Assembly: GCA_019358915.1 (NCBI GenBank)
Contig: JAHHIM010000019.1
Coordinates: 18,703 to 82,702 of the forward strand
DNA length: 64,000 bases
Reading direction: 5' to 3'
From: Trichormus sp. ATA11-4-KO1
GTDB taxonomy: Bacteria > Cyanobacteriota > Cyanobacteriia > Cyanobacteriales > Nostocaceae
Shown: one piece after another, positions 1 through 8,357 of the stretch
Position numbering within the stretch: the first letter of the stretch is position 1
Layout of the letters: each line of letters starts with the position of its first letter
The notes under the pieces: generated by a model
What the model was told of the DNA's origin: nothing
What the model saw: only the letters and a program-made list of their open reading frames with translations
Databases searched by the model: none
Position numbers and translations under genes: made by a program

Positions 1-1097
1 GCTATGGCTTGCTCTTTACTAGAAATTTCTCGTCTGACTCTGTTTGAGGCTAATTGCACCTGTTCTCCCTTGAGAGATGGATTTCTAGTAACTGTTTCAC
101 CATTACTCGCAGCATAGGCTAATGCAGCTAAATGGGCACTTTCCACCCTACCAATGAGACTTTCTAGCTCTTGTTGCAGGGCGATCGCTTCATTATGATT
201 AATTGGTGCATTGGAGTTGGGGGCAACATCTAAGCGTACTGTTTGTTCTAGTTGGTCGATTTCGTCGGAAGATGGAGGAGATGTAGACGCGATAGCGGCT
301 GACCGCAAGGTGGGAGATGGGGTAGCAGTTACTACTGATGTAGAACAGTGTGAGGAAGCTCCTTCTACCTTTTTTTTGTTATTTGAGGATGCTGATAGAT
401 GTCGATTCAGGGCAGTTTTTAACCAGGTACTATCTAAATCTGCGGCGGAAGCTGTATTTGTTCCCCAACGCCAACCCAATAAGGTGGAACGCTTTGTTGT
501 GACTACTGCGGCGGGATTATCTGGGGAATTCCATACAGCAACGGCTTGAGCTGTAACATCATTAGGAATCAACACACCGCCGTGTACCTTACCAAAAAGT
601 CCATTTTGGTTAGTCCATTCCTGGCTCTTGGTTTTTGAGGGTGACATCTGCTGTGTCTGATTGAGGCTGAATCCCCAATAACTGCCCAAGAGCGATCGCA
701 TCAACTGGCGGACTCCAGGTGCTGATAAACTACCTACAGGGCCACTAGCAATTAAGTTTCCGCCTTTGCTCATCCACGTCTCTAGGGCGATCGCTTGGGC
801 TGGTGTTAATGTTTCCACATTGGGCAAAAATAATACCCGGCGATCGCCCCAATCTGCGGCATTCTTGACATCAGCTAGTCCAATGACGCAATACTTTACA
901 TCTATTGCTTGTAACCGCTTGGTAATTTCTGCCCATTGCTGCTGATTTTCTTGGCTCTGCACCACACTCAATACAGGTTCTTCAGTCGCCGCTTTGGCTG
1001 GCAAAATACTCAAGAAATTAAAAACTAAAATTTTAAAAGTGAAAATGAAGAATCCAGCTTTTATGATTTTTTTATGGCATTTATCCTGATTCTTCAC
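1..1097 (-). CDS. 5' part of a large exported protein, probably glycoside hydrolase-like family 10 (DUF187/GHL10) type; runs off the window edge
   Basis: Hand translation from GTG at 1097 (GAGGAG upstream): VKNQDKCHKKIIKAGFFIFTFKILVFNFLSILPAKAATEEPVLSVVQSQENQQQW..., with no stop seen before position 3. Signal-peptide-like AKA site. Absent from the ORF track because it has no stop in the window. The catalytic domain is not in the window, so the family is recalled from the N-terminal region only. Confidence 0.6.
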   Translation of the reverse strand, partial: MKNQDKCHKKIIKAGFFIFTFKILVFNFLSILPAKAATEEPVLSVVQSQENQQQWAEITKRLQAIDVKYCVIGLADVKNAADWGDRRVLFLPNVETLTPAQAIALETWMSKGGNLIASGPVGSLSAPGVRQLMRSLLGSYWGFSLNQTQQMSPSKTKSQEWTNQNGLFGKVHGGVLIPNDVTAQAVAVWNSPDNPAAVVTTKRSTLLGWRWGTNTASAADLDSTWLKTALNRHLSASSNNKKKVEGASSHCSTSVVTATPSPTLRSAAIASTSPPSSDEIDQLEQTVRLDVAPNSNAPINHNEAIALQQELESLIGRVESAHLAALAYAASNGETVTRNPSLKGEQVQLASNRVRREISSKEQAI

Positions 1098-1193
1098 TTA
1101 ATCACTCCTCAATCGATTATTGACAATAGCTTATTTCATTTATCAATCAATATATCAATAAATTACCTCCGAAAAACAACTGATATTTACTAA

Positions 1194-2534
1194 TTAAACA
1201 AGAACAAGTTCAGCAATACAAGCCTTAATTAATTCCTCAACGCCAGCAACTGGAAGGATTTTGGTATTTAGTTTGTCGGCTACTTCTGCAATACTCATGT
1301 CATCTAAAAATAGTAATTCACCATGTTTTAACATAACTTTTGGCAGCAAAATTCCCTCGCCTAAATCTTGTCCTTGAAGATTTAAAAGTAAATCATGACC
1401 AGTAAGTAATCCCGTGACACTAATATTTTGTCCCCAGTAATCACTACATAAAGCCTGCATATTTACTTCTAAACCCTCAACAGTATTCAAGCGTTTGAGA
1501 ATGGGTTGAAATGCCTTTTCTACTGCATTACCAACTACCCAAGTTAATTTTTTTTGATGATATAGCTTTGGCGGTAATAATTCTGCGGCAGTAGATGCAA
1601 ATTGCTTGATAAATAAACGAATGGAACCCACCCCGTTATCAATTTGCGGATATTCTTCATATTCCGCTTCACTGGGCAATTCTTCACCTGCAATCAAAAA
1701 CCATTCATCGGCTAACCAAGCAAAGCCGGAACCGAATTTTTGGCGAAATTGTTGGGAGAGTTGTTTTACTTGGGAAATTACTTCTTGAGCTTTTTCCCTG
1801 GTTACGGGTATGAGTTCGTCTTTTTCTGGGCGAAATCGCGTCAAGCCCACCGGCACTACTGCCACTGATGCGATCGCAGGCACTTCGCCAGTATAAAATG
1901 ACGCTAAATCTCTTAAGGTTTGTTCCAGGTGCTTGCCATCATTTATACCAGGACACACAACGACTTGAGCATGAATTTGTAGTCGTCGCTCTTGGAACCA
2001 TTTAATTTGTTGTAAGATTTCTCCCGCACGCTGATTTTTCAGCAGTCTAATTCTGATTTCTGGTTCTGTAGCATGAACAGAAACGAATAAGGGAGACAAA
2101 CGCATCTGTTCAATACGCTGCCATTCTCTCTCTGGCAAGTTGGTCAGGGTTAAGTAGGAACCATACAAAAAGCTGAGACGGTAATCATCGTCTTTTAAGT
2201 ACAAACTGGAACGCTTACCAGGTGGCTGTTGGTCGATAAAGCAAAACGGACAGCGATTATTGCACTGAATTAACCCATCAAATAGAGCAGTTGCAAATTC
2301 CAGCCCCAGGTCTTCGTCATAGTCTTTTTCAATTTCAACGTGATGAGTTTTTCCAGTTGCGTCTAAAACTTCTAGTTCGAGAACTTCATCAGCACATAAA
2401 AATTGATAATCAATTAAATCACGGGGATGTGTGCCATTAATAGCAACGATCGCATCCCCTGGCTCAAAGCCAATTTCTGCGGCTATAGAATTGGGGATAA
2501 CTTTGGTGATTTGGGCAGGACGGATGGTAGACAT
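1194..2534 (-). CDS. TIGR03279-type radical SAM-like protein with N-terminal PDZ domain (DUF512)
   Basis: 446 aa. PDZ-like N-terminus (SIAAEIGFEPGDAIVAING), CNNRCPFC motif, and DDDYRLSFLYGSY and YPQIDNGVG motifs. Confidence 0.88.
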   Translation of the reverse strand: MSTIRPAQITKVIPNSIAAEIGFEPGDAIVAINGTHPRDLIDYQFLCADEVLELEVLDATGKTHHVEIEKDYDEDLGLEFATALFDGLIQCNNRCPFCFIDQQPPGKRSSLYLKDDDYRLSFLYGSYLTLTNLPEREWQRIEQMRLSPLFVSVHATEPEIRIRLLKNQRAGEILQQIKWFQERRLQIHAQVVVCPGINDGKHLEQTLRDLASFYTGEVPAIASVAVVPVGLTRFRPEKDELIPVTREKAQEVISQVKQLSQQFRQKFGSGFAWLADEWFLIAGEELPSEAEYEEYPQIDNGVGSIRLFIKQFASTAAELLPPKLYHQKKLTWVVGNAVEKAFQPILKRLNTVEGLEVNMQALCSDYWGQNISVTGLLTGHDLLLNLQGQDLGEGILLPKVMLKHGELLFLDDMSIAEVADKLNTKILPVAGVEELIKACIAELVLV

Positions 2535-2605
2535 GAGTGTGGGGAGTGGGGACGAGGGGACGAGGGGACAAGGGGACGTATGCCAATGCCCAATGCCCAG
2601 TTCTA

Positions 2606-3571
2606 TTAACTATTTTTTAACAATCCTGCACCGATCGCACTCAAGATTGCTGCACCAAATGCTAGGCGATACCAAATGAATACTAAAGTGCTTCGGGTTT
2701 TGAGGAATTGTATTAATCCGGCGATCGCTATATATGAAAATACCCCAGATGAAATTACTCCGACAACCATCGGAACTATACCTATATTCCCTACGCCTAC
2801 TGCTAAAAAATCTTTTAACTCGACTAATCCCGCTAAAGTAATGGCGGGGATTCCTAGCAAAAAGGAAAATCTCGCTGCTGTTTCCCGTTCTAAATTCATA
2901 AATAGCCCCCCTGTGATGGTAGAACCGGAACGAGATACGCCGGGAATTAATGCCAAAGCCTGAGCTAAACCCATCCATAAACCATCTTGCAGAGTCAAAT
3001 GCTCGAAGTCTCGTTGACGTTTGCCGAGTTTTTCTGCCAATCCCAATAACAACGACATCACTATAGAAGCAATGGCGATCGCGGCGAGGCTTCTCAGGGG
3101 GGAATTATCATAATCTGGGATAAATCTTTTAATTAAAAGTCCAAAGACTACTATGGGCAATGTTCCTAGGATAATTCCCAAAAATAGGCGCAAATCTTGG
3201 CTTTCATCATCTTTTTGAGCGATCGCTTTTGTTGCTCCTTTGATAATTTGTGTCATATCACCCCAGAAGTACCACAGCACGGCGACAATACTACCCAGCT
3301 GAATAATCGCGGTAAAAGCTACCCCCGGATCACCCCAACCCAGAGCCACAGGCACAACTTTTAAATGTGCAGAACTGCTAATGGGTAGAAATTCCGTCAT
3401 TCCCTGCACAAAGCCTAAAACAAGAGCTTGCCAGATATTCATTTGTTCCCGTACCTCATCTAACCCTGGGTTAGCTTGGGTACTCAAAACTTTGAGCGGA
3501 AATACTGCAACTGAGAGCATGGCAGATACTGCACTTATAAGCATGAACCATTGACGTTTTAATAAAGCCAT
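2606..3571 (-). CDS. uppP: Undecaprenyl-diphosphate phosphatase (BacA/UppP)
   Basis: QGMTEFLPISSSAH and ALIPGVSRSGSTI motifs; multi-pass hydrophobic protein. Confidence 0.95.
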   Translation of the reverse strand: MALLKRQWFMLISAVSAMLSVAVFPLKVLSTQANPGLDEVREQMNIWQALVLGFVQGMTEFLPISSSAHLKVVPVALGWGDPGVAFTAIIQLGSIVAVLWYFWGDMTQIIKGATKAIAQKDDESQDLRLFLGIILGTLPIVVFGLLIKRFIPDYDNSPLRSLAAIAIASIVMSLLLGLAEKLGKRQRDFEHLTLQDGLWMGLAQALALIPGVSRSGSTITGGLFMNLERETAARFSFLLGIPAITLAGLVELKDFLAVGVGNIGIVPMVVGVISSGVFSYIAIAGLIQFLKTRSTLVFIWYRLAFGAAILSAIGAGLLKNS

Positions 3572-3834
3572 TTAATTTACCTGCGATCGCTTCTATTACA
3601 ACCAATTACACAAACACCTATCTGGGAAACCTTCCAGGAAAATAGCCCAAGAAAGATTGGGCATGGGGCATTGGTATCCCTCATCTCCTGCTCCCCATCC
3701 CCTTGTCCTCTCATCCCCATCTACGCAACATAACAATCTAGGCAAAATCTAGGTAAAATAAAAATGCCCAGGGGGGGGATTTTTAAGTGTGATATCTTAA
3801 ATAAAATAAAGTTTAGTAACAAATATTAAAAACT

Positions 3835-4614
3835 TTGATTAATAATACCTTGTCTTCATACACCACTCCTACTACTCCTATAAGTACTGATTTACACTCA
3901 ACTGAAATTGGTCAAAAAAGTATTAGGGAGTTGGAATCTACACTGTCCTTATCTCCCTCTCTACCTATATCTAAGCCTTGGCGACAAACTTGGCTAGTGT
4001 TGGCGGCGGCGGTGTTTTTGGTATCAGTGCCAGTATTTGTAGAAGCGCCACTGGTGCGATCGCTGCCGGTTCTCAGTGTAGCAATGACAGGATTTTGGGT
4101 GTGGCTGAGTTTTACCTTAATGTCACGTCCTGCAACTTATTTATGGGGAGATTTGCTCTTAGGCTTTAGCTGGAGTTGGTTAGCAGGAGCAATTTACTGG
4201 GGCTGGTTGCGTTGGGAACCTTTATGGCATTTACCAATAGAATCGATCGGACTACCATTTGCTTGTTGGTGTCTTGTCAGAAATTGGGGCAAAGTTGGTA
4301 ACTGGTTTTATTTAGGTTCTTTACTCGGTACAGCTTTAACCGATGTATATTTCTATCTAGTAGACTTAATGCCCTATTGGCGGCAAATTATGCAAGTCGA
4401 ACCTGCTAGTGTGTCACCAATATTACAAAACGCTTTAATCCAAGTCCAAACACCTTGGGGACAAACTTGGGCAGTAGTTTTAGCCTTAGTTCTGTTAACA
4501 GTCGGGATTTTACCTTTACGTCAAAGGCAGCAACACTGGTATGCCTTTGGTGGAGCAGTTTTAAGTACAATTTTGGTAGATAGCTTATTTTTAATAGCTG
4601 CGAGTGCTGCTTGA
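3835..4614 (+). CDS. Cyanobacterial membrane protein (DUF3120-like)
   Basis: 259 aa, Trp-rich hydrophobic protein (FLVSVPVFVEAPLVR, WGWLRWEPLWHLPIE) upstream of psbU. TTG start is uncertain. Confidence 0.75.
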   Translation: MINNTLSSYTTPTTPISTDLHSTEIGQKSIRELESTLSLSPSLPISKPWRQTWLVLAAAVFLVSVPVFVEAPLVRSLPVLSVAMTGFWVWLSFTLMSRPATYLWGDLLLGFSWSWLAGAIYWGWLRWEPLWHLPIESIGLPFACWCLVRNWGKVGNWFYLGSLLGTALTDVYFYLVDLMPYWRQIMQVEPASVSPILQNALIQVQTPWGQTWAVVLALVLLTVGILPLRQRQQHWYAFGGAVLSTILVDSLFLIAASAA

Positions 4615-4624
4615 ATGAACAAAA

Positions 4625-4657
4625 AGATCCCCGACTTCTCAAAGAAGTCGGGGATCT
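4625..4657. terminator. Palindromic small repeat or terminator
   Basis: AGATCCCCGACTTCT-CAA-AGAAGTCGGGGATCT, a perfect 15-bp inverted repeat just after the stop at 4614. Confidence 0.7.
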
Positions 4658-4996
4658 GAGCCTATCGCTGTTTGCAACAGAGAAATAACTTTTTGTAAAA
4701 AAAATATCAAACCCAGTAGCAGCAAATATTGGGGGTATTAATACGCTGTATATTAGTTTCTGATGACTGCTGTGTTTTGATGAAGCTATCTGCTATTAAC
4801 CCAAGATGAAGGTCAAGGATGTAGATGCAGTTAGAGCGTCTTTCCTAAGGCTAGGATGAAGCAAGAGGAAATTAGTACTCTATAAGCTCCCAGATTGATC
4901 GGTGTGCTTTACTTCATAAGTCTGAATTCAGCTTACAGTTGATAGCTTTTGGCTTAAAGCCGTTATTTCAGTTTGATGGAAAGAGGTAAAAAAATC

Positions 4997-5425
4997 GTGA
5001 AAAGATTGGTGCGTTTATTAACAGTGTTTAGTTTATTGCTTGGCTGTTGGGGATGGCTGGGAACAACTCAGATAGCTCAAGCTGCCAATATCAACAGTGT
5101 GACTTCTTGGCAAGTTCCAGTGTTGGCAATTGCGCGGCAGAATCGAGCAGACGCTAAATTAGGGACGGAATTTGGTAAAAAAATTGATTTGAATAATACC
5201 AACGTGCGAGCTTTTCAACAGTATCCAGGGTTGTATCCCACCCTAGCCAAGAAAATCATCAAGAATGCTCCTTACCAGAAGGTAGAGGATGTATTGGATC
5301 TTCCAGGATTAAGCGATCGCCAAAAACAACTTCTGCAAGCCAACTTAGATAATTTCGCCGTGACCGAATTTGAAACCGCCTTCAACGCGGGAGACGATCG
5401 CGTTAACAATGGTATCTACAGATAA
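4997..5425 (+). CDS. psbU: Photosystem II extrinsic 12 kDa protein PsbU
   Basis: [28 protein letters not shown] motif, C-terminal NNGIYR and a signal peptide. GTG at 4997, with GAGGT upstream, is preferred to the track start at 4973. Confidence 0.95.
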   Translation: MKRLVRLLTVFSLLLGCWGWLGTTQIAQAANINSVTSWQVPVLAIARQNRADAKLGTEFGKKIDLNNTNVRAFQQYPGLYPTLAKKIIKNAPYQKVEDVLDLPGLSDRQKQLLQANLDNFAVTEFETAFNAGDDRVNNGIYR

Positions 5426-5550
5426 ATAACTGGATTTATTTGCAGTTACTGTAGCCAATGCAAAGGGGACAAGGGGAAAAGGAGAGATTACTAATATTAA
5501 GTTCTTCCCCCACTCCCCCACTCCCCCATCCCCCCATCTTCCCTTAGACT

Positions 5551-7230
5551 TTGCCGCAAATAGATATTCCTAGCCAATTTGATGTTTTAGTAGTCGGCGC
5601 TGGTGCCGCCGGACTTTACACTGCTCTTTGTCTACCAGAGTACTTGCGAGTCGCCTTGATTACTAAAGAAACTGTTTCTCTGTCCGCTAGTGATTGGGCA
5701 CAAGGTGGCATTGCTGCTGCGGTCGCCCCGGAAGATTCTCCTTCACTGCACATTGAGGATACCTTGCTGGCAGGTGCAGGCTTATGCGATCGCTCAGCTG
5801 TCGAATTCCTCGCCCAAGAAGCGCCTAAGTGTATTCAATCTCTGGTTAATTTGGGAGTAGCTTTTGACCGTCATGGTCAAGCTTTAGCTTTAACTTTGGA
5901 AGCTGCTCATTCTCGCCACCGTGTTCTCCATGCTGCCGATACTACAGGTAGGGAAGTCACCACTACCCTCACTGCTCAAGTATTACGCCGCCAGAACATT
6001 CAGGTGATCCAGCAAGCTTTGGCTTTGAATTTGTGGCTAGAACCCGAAACTCAAAGATGTCAGGGAATTAGCCTGTTTTATCAAGGTGAAATTAGATGGA
6101 TCAGGGCCGGTGCTGTGGTTTTGGCAACCGGTGGCGGTGGTCAAGTGTTTGCCCAAACTACCAACCCAGCAGTGAGTACAGGCGATGGAGTAGCGATCGC
6201 CTATCGAGCAGGGGCGATTCTCCGGGATTTAGAATTTGTCCAATTTCACCCTACTGCCCTAACTAAACCGGGTGCAGATCGCTTTTTAATTAGCGAGGCT
6301 GTACGCGGTGAGGGGGCACACCTTGTTGATCATCAAGGACGACGTTTTGCCTTTGACTACCATCCTGCTGGTGAACTAGCACCTAGAGATGTCGTCAGTA
6401 GAGCTATTTTCAGCCATCTGCAACACACCGCCATTGATCCAGCCACTGCTCATGTCTGGCTGGATATGCGTCCCATACCTCCTGACAAGATCCGTCACCG
6501 CTTTCCCAACATCATTAAAGTTTGTCAATATTGGGGTATTGATGTTTTCAACGAACCAATTCCAGTTGCTCCTGCTGCCCATTACTGGATGGGTGGGATT
6601 GTTGCGGATTTGATGAATCGCACAAATATTCCTGGTTTGTATGCAGTAGGAGAAACCGCCAGTACTGGTGTGCATGGGGCAAATCGCTTGGCGAGTAACT
6701 CCTTGCTGGAATGTATTGTGTTTGGGGCACAGATGGCTAATATTGATCTGGCAGATGTGGCCGCATTATCACAACCACCAACACTGCCAATACGTCAATT
6801 CAGCGTCGATATCGGTGAATGGCAAACCCAGCAAACACAGCTAGCAGCACTCAGAGAGAAATTACCACGTTTAGTTTGGCAAAGTGCGGGAATTTGTCGG
6901 GAACAGTCAAGTTTAGCAGCCGCGATCGCTACAATTGAATCTTGGCAACAAGATTTTACTGCTTTGCCTTTGAGTCAATTCTTGCTTAGTTTACGTCCTC
7001 ACGAACCAGTTAGTTTTGACACACCAGATGTGGAACGCCAATTGCGACTTTGGGCAGAAACCCGTAATTTACTGGATGTAGCTGATTTAATTCTCAAAAG
7101 TGCCGCTTTTAGAACCGAAAGCCGGGGCGGACACTATCGCCTAGACTATCCTGAGCCAGACCCTAATTGGCAAGTACACACCCTTGTGCAAAAATACCAA
7201 TGGTGGAAATCTGTAATTTTAAAAAATTAA
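5551..7230 (+). CDS. nadB: L-aspartate oxidase
   Basis: GAGAAG FAD motif, SDWAQGGIAAA, LEFVQFHPT, HGANRLASNSLLE and RTESRGGHYR. Confidence 0.95.
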   Translation: MPQIDIPSQFDVLVVGAGAAGLYTALCLPEYLRVALITKETVSLSASDWAQGGIAAAVAPEDSPSLHIEDTLLAGAGLCDRSAVEFLAQEAPKCIQSLVNLGVAFDRHGQALALTLEAAHSRHRVLHAADTTGREVTTTLTAQVLRRQNIQVIQQALALNLWLEPETQRCQGISLFYQGEIRWIRAGAVVLATGGGGQVFAQTTNPAVSTGDGVAIAYRAGAILRDLEFVQFHPTALTKPGADRFLISEAVRGEGAHLVDHQGRRFAFDYHPAGELAPRDVVSRAIFSHLQHTAIDPATAHVWLDMRPIPPDKIRHRFPNIIKVCQYWGIDVFNEPIPVAPAAHYWMGGIVADLMNRTNIPGLYAVGETASTGVHGANRLASNSLLECIVFGAQMANIDLADVAALSQPPTLPIRQFSVDIGEWQTQQTQLAALREKLPRLVWQSAGICREQSSLAAAIATIESWQQDFTALPLSQFLLSLRPHEPVSFDTPDVERQLRLWAETRNLLDVADLILKSAAFRTESRGGHYRLDYPEPDPNWQVHTLVQKYQWWKSVILKN

Positions 7231-7391
7231 AAATCTTTATAGTGTTTTTAGCTAAGCAGATTATCTGTATTTGGTTTCACCCTGCTTCGCTAACAAACTA
7301 AAATTCGTTGCCTCTGACAACCAAAACTACATATAAATCCACTGATAACACCAGACAATTAAGTAAAAATACTACCTCAGATGTAAATTTA

Positions 7392-7628
7392 TCAGCGAGT
7401 TCCACTACCATGCTGACTGTCTGGCCCACCATAATTTGGTGGAATATAAATGTCTTCTAAACCATAAGAATTAACTCTAGGTGTGGTTAACTTATTGCTG
7501 CCACTAGAGTTTAATTCATCAACTGTCAAAGCGCTGATGCTTCCTGTCGCATCAGGCATTTTTGGGATGATCAGATAGGCACTGATACAAAATATCACAG
7601 CGCTCGTAATTCTCAAGTTCGTTCCCAT
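7392..7628 (-). CDS. Small putative secreted peptide or precursor (78 aa) with C-terminal PPNYGGPDSQHGSGTR motif
   Basis: ATG start, basic residue then hydrophobic stretch (LRITSAVIFCISAYLII), polar linker, and a Pro/Gly-rich terminal motif ending at the stop codon. Confidence 0.7.
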   Translation of the reverse strand: MGTNLRITSAVIFCISAYLIIPKMPDATGSISALTVDELNSSGSNKLTTPRVNSYGLEDIYIPPNYGGPDSQHGSGTR

Positions 7629-8357
7629 AAGTCTTGGTGAATTCCATGAATTCTGATTTCATTGCGTGTGTTTTGTTGTCTACAACAGATTTAGTTATTT
7701 TTCAGAAAAAATTAAGTTTGGATGACATTTTTTCTGTGAATAGATAACTACTGTTCCGAAAAATGGCTAGTAGTAGCTTGCGTCTTAGCCATAGGCTGTC
7801 GCCGTCAAACAAGCTCGACACTTAAGAAATATAACTAAGGAGCAGTCTGTAGCATCAGTCTAAGGTTAGAGATAGTCATTGGTCTGAGGTTAGAGATACT
7901 CATTAAATTACCACAAGAGAAATATATAAATTGGTAATTTTTAATAAAATCTTAATCTTAAACCGTGTAATTACTCTCGTAAAGAGTTGACAAAATCGTG
8001 GACTTACTATCCATTTACTAAAATATTACATCAGAATCAGCAAATATAAGTAAAATTCAGCCAATTAAACTACCAAAATGGCAAACTTTAGTAAGCAGGA
8101 AATTTATAAAAATTCATATTTTTTATTTAGGTCAAGTAATGTTACTTAAGTATGTTTAATGTGCAGGATAAAGTAACCATTCAAGACGGGTAAAAATTAC
8201 CTAAAATTGGACAAAACTTTAAGCTTTCCACCTTAGTGTCTTAGTGCCTTTGTAGTTCAAAAGTCATTTAGACCCGTAAATGTAAACTGTGAGCATGTCA
8301 TGAGTTAATTCACTGACAAAATTGAGAATGACCTTACACCCTTCTTGTTGACTAAAA

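Noticed and set aside
211..549. 112-aa plus-strand ORF
   Set aside because: Antisense shadow of the minus-strand CDS at 1-1097.
7392..7412. PatS/PatX-type heterocyst inhibitor call for the 78-aa peptide
   Set aside because: The tail is QHGSGTR, not the RG(S/T)GR pentapeptide needed for HetR inhibition; only the overall layout is similar.
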